Source: Methanobacteriota archaeon (lineage in GTDB: Archaea > Thermoplasmatota > Poseidoniia > Poseidoniales > Thalassarchaeaceae). From it: a stretch of DNA of 64,000 nt. Shown here one piece after another: positions 38,576 to 47,075 of the stretch. The position numbers and the translations under genes were made by a program. Positions within the stretch are counted from its first letter, which is position 1, and every line of letters starts with the position of its first letter. The DNA is taken from assembly GCA_016845345.1 (NCBI GenBank), contig JAERSV010000029.1:24917-88916 (forward strand). Direction: 5' to 3'. A model generated the notes under the pieces. It ran no database searches, had not been told where the DNA came from, and saw nothing but the letters and a program-made list of their open reading frames with translations.

Positions 38576-39265
38576 TCACTTCAACTCTTTTACCACAACA
38601 TCAGAGGCTCTTTTGCCAACTTTTGCGATGTAATCATTTTTCATCCCAGCAGGGATTTCGACAGTGAAAGCCCAATCCCCATTTGCTAACCAATCTTCAC
38701 GTAAAACATCCTCACGAACCAATGCAAAAACCGAGCCATAATTAGTCCCCCCAACTTTGAATGCTAACTTGATGGTAGTGAAAGAAATAGGTATCAATTC
38801 CCTTATCATGGCGACAGCATCTTTGACTTGTTTTTCTACAGATTTGAAGGGGTCCGCCTTGAATCTAGCCTCAATAAGAGCGTTTTCAACTCTTTGGGGT
38901 GGGTGTGGAAGTTTAGTTTGAGGGTCTATTCCGAGCATACAAATATCTGCAATGACCTGTCTTGTTTTTTCCTCTATCATTTTTTTCCGTTGTTCAGTAG
39001 TGAGTTGAATACTTCCTTCCAAGAGTATCTTCTCTACACATGTGGCTAATTCTGTAGTACCGAATACTCCCTCTAATTTCTCAGCAGTCGGCCTCTCTCC
39101 ATTCTTGACATCATGCCAAACCTCGTCAGTGGCAAGCAAATCATCTAGTTCTACACTGCTCTGGTCATCTTTCCACTGGTGAACCAAATCAGGGTCAACC
39201 AACACCTCATACCTCTTTCCACCTTTCTCAAAACGGGCGATAACAGCGTCATCCATACTGACCAT
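38576..39265 (-). CDS. Ribosome maturation protein SBDS/Sdo1
   Basis: AVIARF...RYEVLVDP, IQLTTEQR, DPQTKLPHPPQR; start moved to ATG 39265. Confidence 0.93.
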   Translation of the reverse strand: MVSMDDAVIARFEKGGKRYEVLVDPDLVHQWKDDQSSVELDDLLATDEVWHDVKNGERPTAEKLEGVFGTTELATCVEKILLEGSIQLTTEQRKKMIEEKTRQVIADICMLGIDPQTKLPHPPQRVENALIEARFKADPFKSVEKQVKDAVAMIRELIPISFTTIKLAFKVGGTNYGSVFALVREDVLREDWLANGDWAFTVEIPAGMKNDYIAKVGKRASDVVVKELK

Positions 39266-39321
39266 GATGGTATCTCCAAGATGAGCGAGAAGGGAGGATG
39301 CGCATAGCATCTTCGCAGTAA

Positions 39322-40047
39322 TCATTCATCATTTGCTGGTAACTTGTCGATATGACCAATGGTTTCTTCTTGGTCCATCAATCTGAATCCACTTTTATCA
39401 AGTACTGCTATCTGTACAGCATTCTTGTTCAAATCCCCATCGTCTAAAGATGAGCGAAGTGCTTCTAATCCAAGTTTAACAGCAGCATTTTGAGTCATGT
39501 TCTTCTTCCATTTACTCTCAAAGAAATCAACAACTGCATTCCGCCCTCTACCTACTGCACCAGCCTGATAGGATTGGTATGCACCACTTGGGTCAGTCTC
39601 GTAGAGGTGTATTCCGTTTTCATCTACTCCAGCAATCAGAAGTGCTGTTCCAAATGGCCTTGTTCCACCATATTGAGTAAATGATTGTTTGAAATTACAG
39701 ATTTTCTTTGTCAAAATATCCACTGGAACTTTGTCGCTGTAGGTAATTCTGTTAATTTGACATTCTGCACGAGCCCTTGCAACAAGTTGTCGTGCATCGG
39801 CTACAAGGCCTGATGTAGCAAATCCAATGTGATCATCAATTTTGTAGACTTTATCAATAGATTCTGGAATAATTAATCGGCTAGCTATTCGCTTGTCAAC
39901 AATCAATAATACTCCACCGCGATACTTCAATCCAACTGTTGTAGTACCTCTTTTTACAGATTCTCTTGCATATTCAACTTGAAACAATCTGCCATCAGGA
40001 CTGAATGTTGTGATTCCATGGTCGTATCCTCTTCCGCTTGGTTGCAT
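39322..40047 (-). CDS. psmA: Proteasome alpha subunit
   Basis: YDHGITTFSPDGRLFQVEYA, SGLVADAR, RPFG, TDPSG. Confidence 0.96.
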   Translation of the reverse strand: MQPSGRGYDHGITTFSPDGRLFQVEYARESVKRGTTTVGLKYRGGVLLIVDKRIASRLIIPESIDKVYKIDDHIGFATSGLVADARQLVARARAECQINRITYSDKVPVDILTKKICNFKQSFTQYGGTRPFGTALLIAGVDENGIHLYETDPSGAYQSYQAGAVGRGRNAVVDFFESKWKKNMTQNAAVKLGLEALRSSLDDGDLNKNAVQIAVLDKSGFRLMDQEETIGHIDKLPANDE

Positions 40048-40158
40048 CTGCTCACCTAAGCCCGGCTGTCGGACGGACTCTTATGAACCTTGAGAACCGA
40101 TAACCCCAATCTGAAGACTCGCCCACTTCTTTTTCACCCACTACATCCTGCGCTACTC

Positions 40159-40941
40159 ATGCGAGTCATTGTGCTGTCTTCGGGAGGTAAAGATTCGTGT
40201 TACTCTGTTTGGTGGGCTTTGATGAAAGGATGGGATGTTGCTGGCATCGTCACCATCAACATTACGGGAGAAGATTCAATGATGTTCCAAGTGCCTGCAA
40301 CTTCAATCGCAGGCTTGCAGGCTAGTTCAGGAAATATTCCATGGTTACAAGTTAATGTGAGCGGAGATGAGAATACTGAAATTGCTGAACTTGAGTCTGT
40401 TTTAAAACCAATAATAGAAGGGAAGAATTCCCAAAACTCTGAGGGAAATTTGACGAGCCAAGAACTGTCAGAATTTTTCCCTTACACGTTGAATATTACA
40501 CACCCAATTGCCAAACTTGTGCCAAATGAAACCATAGATGCAATTGTCACGGGTGCATTACGGAGTGATTACCAAAAAACTAGGATTGAACAAATGGCAC
40601 AACGACTGGGCGTCAAGTCATTTTGCCCACTTTGGCATCATGATGCACAAAATCATATGCGAGACCTCGTGAATCATGGATTTGAACTAATATTTAGTTC
40701 GGTTTCTTGTGAGGGTTTAGACCAGAATTGGGTCGGAAAAACACTTGATAGTAAGAGTTTGAAGGAATTAGAATTACTTGCTCAACAACACCGTTTTTCA
40801 GTTGATGGGGAGGGTGGTGAGTTTGAAACCACGGTTCTAAACAGCCCCTGGATGAATAAAAAAATCAACATTAAGGGGGAGAGAGTTTGGTCAGGACTTC
40901 GAGGTCATTTATTGATTCAAGAGGTTAGTTTTGCTGAGTAA
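40159..40941 (+). CDS. dph6: Diphthine--ammonia ligase
   Basis: SGGKDS, SMMFQ, GALRSDYQKTR, PLW, GEGGEFET. Confidence 0.88.
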   Translation: MRVIVLSSGGKDSCYSVWWALMKGWDVAGIVTINITGEDSMMFQVPATSIAGLQASSGNIPWLQVNVSGDENTEIAELESVLKPIIEGKNSQNSEGNLTSQELSEFFPYTLNITHPIAKLVPNETIDAIVTGALRSDYQKTRIEQMAQRLGVKSFCPLWHHDAQNHMRDLVNHGFELIFSSVSCEGLDQNWVGKTLDSKSLKELELLAQQHRFSVDGEGGEFETTVLNSPWMNKKINIKGERVWSGLRGHLLIQEVSFAE

Positions 40942-40996
40942 TGTTGGCGTTATCCTCAAACCAAAGTCCCCTCTCGGCCGGCATGAGGATACCTGA

Positions 40997-42346
40997 ATGC
41001 CACTCTGTCCACTCGATTATCGGTATGGCCGCGACCCTGTCAAAGATATCTGGTCTGACCTTGGTCGGCACTCTCGACAACTTGAAGTCGAACGAGCGTT
41101 AATTTGGGCGCACAAAGAACTCGGTAAAGTATCACAATCAGACTATGATGCAGTTGCAGCCATCTCTAACCCTGACATTGTAACCAAAGAAAGAGTAGAA
41201 GAAATTGAGGCTGAAACAAAACACGACATAATGGCTCTCACCAAAGCAATGGCAGAGAAAGCTGGAGATGCTGGTTGGTGTATTCACCTTGGTGCCACTT
41301 CTAACGATATTGTAGATACTGCTGTTGCCTTACAAATCAGAGATTCAATTGACCAACAAACCGAAATTATTTCCACACTAATTTCAACAATTGCCGATTT
41401 GGCAGAAAGAGAGAGAGACACTGTTTGCCTTGGACGTACTCACGGCCAAGCCGCCGTTCCAATCACTTTCGGATTGAAGGTTGCAGTTTGGTTGGATGAA
41501 TTTAGACGCCACCTTATCAGACTCCAAGAACTGAGTCCAAGAGTATGTGTTGGGAAATTCCTTGGCGCAGTCGGTACCGGAGCCGCTCAAGGTGAACACG
41601 CGAGAGAATTACAAGAACATATCATGACACACTTAGGGCTAGGTACTCCTCTTGTTACAACCCAAGTTGTCGGCAGAGACCGATATATTGAGTGGGTTTC
41701 TTGGATGGCTAATGTGGCAACCAGTGTTGAAAAGGTCTTACAGGAAATTAGAAATCTCCAACGAACTGAAATCGCAGAAGTTGGCGAATATTTTGATGTT
41801 GAAAAGCAAGTTGGTTCCTCAACAATGGCACACAAACGAAATCCAATTACTGCTGAAAACGCCTGCGGATTGGCTCGTGTGGTCAGAGCAATGATGTTGC
41901 CAACCTGGGAAAATGCCCTGCTTTGGCATGAACGTGATTTAGCCAATTCGAGCGCCGAGAGGTTCACACTTTCCCACTCAGTGGTTCTTTTGGATGATGT
42001 ATTATCAAAATGTGATCGTGTATTGGGTAAACTAGTAGTTGACAAGGATAACATGTTACGAAATATCAATTCACAAAATGGGTTAGTCATGGCTGAAAAA
42101 GTTATGATTGCTCTTGTTGAGAATGGAATACCAAGAGATGAAGCACATGAAGTGCTCCGCTCTGCCTCAATGGAATCACTCCAGAAAGGCGTTCACTTAG
42201 AGGATATTTGTGCGATGACACCAACTATTGCTGCAGCATTTGATGGAGATGAACTTCACGCTTTGTTTGACCCGAATAGCCATCTAGGCGTTTCAGCAGA
42301 ATTAGTCGATGAGGCAGTAGCACTGGCACGAGCCGCTATCAAGTGA
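40997..42346 (+). CDS. purB: Adenylosuccinate lyase
   Basis: PLDYRYG, HLGATSNDI, GRTHGQ, GSSTMAHKRNP, HERDLANS. Confidence 0.95.
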   Translation: MPLCPLDYRYGRDPVKDIWSDLGRHSRQLEVERALIWAHKELGKVSQSDYDAVAAISNPDIVTKERVEEIEAETKHDIMALTKAMAEKAGDAGWCIHLGATSNDIVDTAVALQIRDSIDQQTEIISTLISTIADLAERERDTVCLGRTHGQAAVPITFGLKVAVWLDEFRRHLIRLQELSPRVCVGKFLGAVGTGAAQGEHARELQEHIMTHLGLGTPLVTTQVVGRDRYIEWVSWMANVATSVEKVLQEIRNLQRTEIAEVGEYFDVEKQVGSSTMAHKRNPITAENACGLARVVRAMMLPTWENALLWHERDLANSSAERFTLSHSVVLLDDVLSKCDRVLGKLVVDKDNMLRNINSQNGLVMAEKVMIALVENGIPRDEAHEVLRSASMESLQKGVHLEDICAMTPTIAAAFDGDELHALFDPNSHLGVSAELVDEAVALARAAIK

Positions 42347-42563
42347 TTAGCATCAATCCACCGAGCACTAATCCTGTGCACGTTGCAGTTATTACGAGCA
42401 GGAGAATCATTGCTTGAGGCCCATACTGATTCTTGTCTAACAAAGCAGTACCAATCAAGCCATGAGTGCGTAATGCACCTCGCAAACCACCATCAATTTC
42501 CTCAAATGCTGGGAGTGAACGACGAGGGATTCTCTCCCCATCCCGATTACTGCCCATAGGCAC
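42339..42563 (-). CDS. Small hypothetical protein with C-terminal TM
   Basis: 74 aa; fills the gap between purB and the next gene; single TM. Confidence 0.55.
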   Translation of the reverse strand: MPMGSNRDGERIPRRSLPAFEEIDGGLRGALRTHGLIGTALLDKNQYGPQAMILLLVITATCTGLVLGGLMLIT

Positions 42564-42602
42564 CCCACATAGTGAACGGTCATAGCAATTACCAATGAAT
42601 GT

Positions 42603-43226
42603 ATGGTTTTCAAACTAAGTGTTCAAAAACCTCCAAACAAACCAATCACCGTGGCCCTCCCTGAATTACCCCCAATTACACACTTGGCAGTAGGTGAGGG
42701 ATGTGGTGGAACTTCGTTAGCATTACAATACTCCCGTGATATCTTAATCGACGGTGGGAGGGTGGTATGGGTTTGTGAAAAGACCCCAGACCCCCAGAGA
42801 TTTAGTCAGATTCTCAATAACGTAGATGTTGCTTTATTAGCAAAATTCCACATGATGGAATGCGGTGAAGTAATAGCAGGTGGAGTCTTGACTGCTGGGA
42901 AATTGGCCGAAAGATTAACCCCGCAATTATTTGTGATTGATGATTGGACTCCAAGAACAGGTCAACCAGATAGGTTAACGATTTCAGCGATTGAAAAAAT
43001 TTGCAAAATTCTTGAATCGACAGGATGTAAGTTGCTAATTACTTCTGCACTTTATGGTGACGCCAGCGGTAAAGAACAATGGAAAACCCGAGGAAAAAAT
43101 TTGCTTGAACATCTTTCTCCTTCCAATTGGCGGCTAACAATCACAGAAGGCGGATTACAAAAAAGGACTCTACTTGCAGAAGATGAGACTTTTCAACTGC
43201 AAATAAACGATGAAGGATTTAGTTGA
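42603..43226 (+). CDS. RecA/RadB-like protein with degenerate Walker A
   Basis: ITHLAVGEGCGGTSLALQ, GRVVWV, RFSQI, LFVIDD; true start may be GTG 42651. Confidence 0.55.
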   Translation: MVFKLSVQKPPNKPITVALPELPPITHLAVGEGCGGTSLALQYSRDILIDGGRVVWVCEKTPDPQRFSQILNNVDVALLAKFHMMECGEVIAGGVLTAGKLAERLTPQLFVIDDWTPRTGQPDRLTISAIEKICKILESTGCKLLITSALYGDASGKEQWKTRGKNLLEHLSPSNWRLTITEGGLQKRTLLAEDETFQLQINDEGFS

Positions 43227-43229
43227 GTA

Positions 43230-43493
43230 TTAATCCCCTTCATACTCAATTCCTTGAGCTTCTGCAGCAGATGCCAACAACTCACCCATTTCATCAAGCG
43301 CTTCATCGTCTGGTTCATTGAATTGGTCGGGATCTTTTGCTTTGCCACCTAATTCATCTGCACCTGCAATCACAGGTGCATTGTCAGCAATTATCGATTG
43401 TTGATTACGCTTAATCATCTTGATAATAAGGTATGCTAAGGCTCCTGAAGCCATAAACAACAGAACATATGCTATTGAGACTGAATCTACCAT
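43230..43493 (-). CDS. Small hypothetical protein with N-terminal TM and acidic tail
   Basis: 87 aa, downstream of tiaS. Confidence 0.6.
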   Translation of the reverse strand: MVDSVSIAYVLLFMASGALAYLIIKMIKRNQQSIIADNAPVIAGADELGGKAKDPDQFNEPDDEALDEMGELLASAAEAQGIEYEGD

Positions 43494-43519
43494 GAGGTGC
43501 CGAGACGACCTCTCCTCAA

Positions 43520-44764
43520 TTACCCCTTCGCTTGTCGGTTCAGAGGTTTAGCCAAATGGCGGCGGTTAGAAGTAGGCGGTTCGACCCACTGGTTACTTGA
43601 ATTAAATTCTGTGTGTAGCCATAGTGATTGCTCAGTATCACCACATTGCTCACAACGTAATGGCTGCCCAAATCCTTGTCGGCATAATTTCCCACCACAT
43701 TGGCAATTTGGTCGTATTAGGTGACGAGGGACTCCATCTGAACACACTAGAGATTCCAAATGAAATTCACCATTAGGGGAACGAAGAGCCATCCATTTTA
43801 CTAAATCCCCCACTACAAGAGATTTGAGTAAGCGATTCACTTCCCCTCCTTGTTTGAAGGCGACTAAAGTGTATTTTTTCTCTCCATCAAACACGCCAAG
43901 GGATGCATGCCCCCCTTTTACTTCCCTAACTTTTGAAATAATCACCCCAGAGTCGGTTTTCTGAATGTGATCATCCGTTGCTTGGTTACTTCGATGAACT
44001 CTCATGGCAAATGCCTGTTCCACATCTTCTTTAGATTGTAACCAATTATGTGCTTTCTCAGCAACTGAGTTTTCCTCTGACCTAATCCCATATAGAACGG
44101 GGCACGGAGTCCTGGGCGCAATTAGTGAATCACCAGCGTTTGGGTCGCGATTTAGAATAGTTTTCGGGAATTTTTCAGACATTTCCCCTACCAAATTACT
44201 GGGAACTTGGCGCTTTTTGCCAATGTTGTCAGTCATCCTCCAAGCAGTTGCTTCCCAAGTCCAATCATTTTCACCTCTCCAAGCAATTGCGCTTGAAGCA
44301 CCAACTAATCCTCTTGTCAAATTTGTTGAATCTGAATCATCTTCTATTGACCAATACTTAGCAGCAGGGAAAGAGGATACTTCATTCAGTCTCTTCGTCG
44401 GTTCGACATAACCTCTGACTGCATTCCAATACCAATCTTCTGGAAATCTAGTTTCTGTACAAACCAAGACTGGGCTAGCAGTATCTGAACTAACTCCATT
44501 TTTAGGTAATTTAAAGGAATTATATTGCTCATTGAACCAATTGTCTAAAACCTCGGAAATCACACTTGATGACGCATCAATTTCAGCCGAAAGCGCTGCA
44601 TTACCTCGTGTTCTCTCGGGTGCGAACGGCCACAGCCTGACTAAATTAGGATGGCCGACTATTGTGAAACCACATTCTTCTAATTGAGTTAATAACAGGT
44701 GGAAATCCCATGTGGTGCACCCACCATCAACCGAGTCGGTATCATCAAGACCAATCCAAGCCAT
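43520..44764 (-). CDS. tiaS: tRNA(Ile2) agmatinylcytidine synthetase
   Basis: IGLDDTDS..GGCTT, LVRL...RTRGNAA, RGLVGA, PCPVLYGIR, SNQATDDH, Zn ribbon, RRHLAKP. Confidence 0.92.
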   Translation of the reverse strand: MAWIGLDDTDSVDGGCTTWDFHLLLTQLEECGFTIVGHPNLVRLWPFAPERTRGNAALSAEIDASSSVISEVLDNWFNEQYNSFKLPKNGVSSDTASPVLVCTETRFPEDWYWNAVRGYVEPTKRLNEVSSFPAAKYWSIEDDSDSTNLTRGLVGASSAIAWRGENDWTWEATAWRMTDNIGKKRQVPSNLVGEMSEKFPKTILNRDPNAGDSLIAPRTPCPVLYGIRSEENSVAEKAHNWLQSKEDVEQAFAMRVHRSNQATDDHIQKTDSGVIISKVREVKGGHASLGVFDGEKKYTLVAFKQGGEVNRLLKSLVVGDLVKWMALRSPNGEFHLESLVCSDGVPRHLIRPNCQCGGKLCRQGFGQPLRCEQCGDTEQSLWLHTEFNSSNQWVEPPTSNRRHLAKPLNRQAKG

Positions 44765-44804
44765 TAGTGGTTGGCGCGTGGCGGTAGCACTTGAGGACGT
44801 CGTT

Positions 44805-45449
44805 TCAGAGCGTGTCGCCAGAGTCTCGGAAATTTAAGACCCGCTCTATTACATCATCAACACCAATATTTTGATCACAGCGAAATATCCTCACACCGTG
44901 ATTTAACCCAGCCTTCATATCAGCCATACGGTCACCTACCATGAAGGAGTTACCCTCATCTCTTGGAGAATATCCCTTCCCATAGTCGAATTCTGAGAGA
45001 TTTTGACCCATTTCGGTGGCGTCAATAATTTGCCTACCCACTTCTAACATCCCTGGATTGCCCTTTCGAGCCCAAGCATTACTCCACGGCACATAGGGGC
45101 TGTATAGAATGACATCAAGATGTGCATCTTCATTTTCCTCAAGCAAAATTCTTTGAAGTTCTGAATTCACTTCAGCAAGCCTGTCGTGACCCCACAAACC
45201 CCTACCAATTGGTGATTGATTTGTTACGATGCATACTCTAAAACCGGCATTTCTTATTCTTGCGACAGCAGAAGCAGCACCGGATAACACCTCTAATTCG
45301 TCAACTGAATTGATGTAATCCTCGCTACCGACATTTAGTACTCCGTCGCGGTCTAGGTAGGCAATTTCACCACCCCATGTTTGGTTGTTAGGTAAAGGAG
45401 GGAATTGGACTAAGTCAGTTAACCCCAACAAGTGACGTGATGGTAACAT
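44805..45449 (-). CDS. gmhB: HAD IIIA phosphatase, D,D-heptose 1,7-bisphosphate phosphatase-like
   Basis: LDRDGVLN, VTNQS.IGRG, RKGNPGM, MVGDR..D; downstream of gmhA. Confidence 0.75.
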   Translation of the reverse strand: MLPSRHLLGLTDLVQFPPLPNNQTWGGEIAYLDRDGVLNVGSEDYINSVDELEVLSGAASAVARIRNAGFRVCIVTNQSPIGRGLWGHDRLAEVNSELQRILLEENEDAHLDVILYSPYVPWSNAWARKGNPGMLEVGRQIIDATEMGQNLSEFDYGKGYSPRDEGNSFMVGDRMADMKAGLNHGVRIFRCDQNIGVDDVIERVLNFRDSGDTL

Positions 45450-45460
45450 GAAAATTCGCC

Positions 45461-46045
45461 TCACGAATGACTAGGAAGATTTCTTTCTAATTTTACGGCT
45501 TCTTTTACCATGTGATTAATAATCAGTTGTAAATCTTCAATTCTCTCCATTGATGTAGTTTCACAAATAATGGCTATATCCGCCATCAGCGCTAATTTTC
45601 CGCCGGCGCCATTTTTGTAATTTCCAGTGATTGCGGCTGTTCTACACCCAATCTCTTTGGCCTTGACCATACCATTCAAAACATTCTCTGAGTTTCCAGA
45701 ACCACTGTATCCGACTACTAAATCTCCGGCTTTCGCCCAAGTTCCAAGAGCGCCGGCAAAGATATTTCCATAACCGGTGTCATTTGCCCAAGCCGTTAAT
45801 GAAGCGGTATTATCTGTATGGCAAATGGTCTTGACACCCAATTCTTTACTCCAATCTCCAGCAGAATGGGAGGGGGTCGCTGCAGAACCACCATTCCCGA
45901 TGAAATGGATGGTGCCGCCATTGTCCATCACTGAAAGAATTTCGTTGGTAAATTGGTTCAATTCCTCTTGATTGAGGGCGTTAATCGCACCTATTAAATC
46001 GCCTTTATACGCCTCTAAAAATACTGAGAAGTCGTAGTTCTCCAT
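45461..46045 (-). CDS. gmhA: Phosphoheptose isomerase (SIS domain)
   Basis: GNGGSAA..SH, TAWAND.GY, SGSGNSENV, IEDLQL..NH. Confidence 0.8.
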   Translation of the reverse strand: MENYDFSVFLEAYKGDLIGAINALNQEELNQFTNEILSVMDNGGTIHFIGNGGSAATPSHSAGDWSKELGVKTICHTDNTASLTAWANDTGYGNIFAGALGTWAKAGDLVVGYSGSGNSENVLNGMVKAKEIGCRTAAITGNYKNGAGGKLALMADIAIICETTSMERIEDLQLIINHMVKEAVKLERNLPSHS

Positions 46046-46151
46046 GTCACCACTGAGCAATCGCTGACGGACAGCCTATTTACGACTTGTTGAACCGCGA
46101 CAATACAAATAGTTGACTTAAACTACGATTAAACACGGGAGGGAAGGAAAA

Positions 46152-47075
46152 ATGAGTATAGAAGAATTGAGGCTTGTATTTGCATTGTTAGGCCTTGCTA
46201 CCTTGGGATATTCGTTCCATAGCAAAATGGATAACAAGGCTTTAATTTCTTCAATTGGCTGGATATCTATTTGTACATATTTTTTCCTTGATACACCTCA
46301 TTATATTGAATTAGCTGACCCGGTATTAATTCTAATGTCTGCTGCAACTTTGCCGATCGGTATCGCTGCAGGGTTCTGGGAATTCAACACACAGAAACGT
46401 GGTAAGGAAAAGCCTGCTTTACATTGGTTAAAAGGTGCAGTTTTCTGGTCTGCCCTTCCATACTTAACCATTTCTTGGATACCTTATCTCTCAGTTGCAT
46501 TAGTTTGGTTCACGGCTGTTCAGGCCGTATTCTTCTTGAAAATATCAGGAATCGCAGATTTGCAGGTTGGTCCCGCTCAAGTAGAATACTTTGATGGTTC
46601 TACTACACCTTTTTCTGAATTTACTGGTAATCCATGGCTTTACCTTGAACCTCTTGGAGAGGGTGGATTCTTCGTACCAATAACATATGCAGATGGTTCA
46701 CCAACAGGCGTATCAATAATACTTGCTTGTAGTGCCCTCCAATCTATGATTGTCTTCGTTGGGGCTTTGATTGCTCTCAAGAACTCACCGTGGAAATTGA
46801 GAGCACGTGGCCTATTAATCACGCTACCACTCATTCATATTCTCAATGTGTTTCGAAACGCTGGAATAATTTATCTCGATATGACCTACCGTGACTGGCA
46901 ATGGTTAGGTATCGGGATGTTTGATTTTGCACATTCTTACGCCGCAAAAGTTGGTAGTCTATTTGCTATGTTTTTAATCGCTATTGTCTTATTTGAAATT
47001 CTTCCAGAACTCCACAATAATATTCTGAGATTGATGGATCCTTTATTGCCAAAAAAGCGGTCTAACGTTTCTTGA
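46152..47075 (+). CDS. artA: Archaeosortase A
   Basis: Multi-TM protein with catalytic IILACSALQS (Cys), NVFRN (Arg) and FDFAH. Confidence 0.85.
   Translation: MSIEELRLVFALLGLATLGYSFHSKMDNKALISSIGWISICTYFFLDTPHYIELADPVLILMSAATLPIGIAAGFWEFNTQKRGKEKPALHWLKGAVFWSALPYLTISWIPYLSVALVWFTAVQAVFFLKISGIADLQVGPAQVEYFDGSTTPFSEFTGNPWLYLEPLGEGGFFVPITYADGSPTGVSIILACSALQSMIVFVGALIALKNSPWKLRARGLLITLPLIHILNVFRNAGIIYLDMTYRDWQWLGIGMFDFAHSYAAKVGSLFAMFLIAIVLFEILPELHNNILRLMDPLLPKKRSNVS

Noticed and set aside
34333..40047. psmA-SBDS-rrp4-rrp41-rrp42-rpl37ae-pcc1-pfdB-DHH cluster as a novel system
   Set aside because: This is the well-known conserved archaeal exosome/proteasome superoperon.
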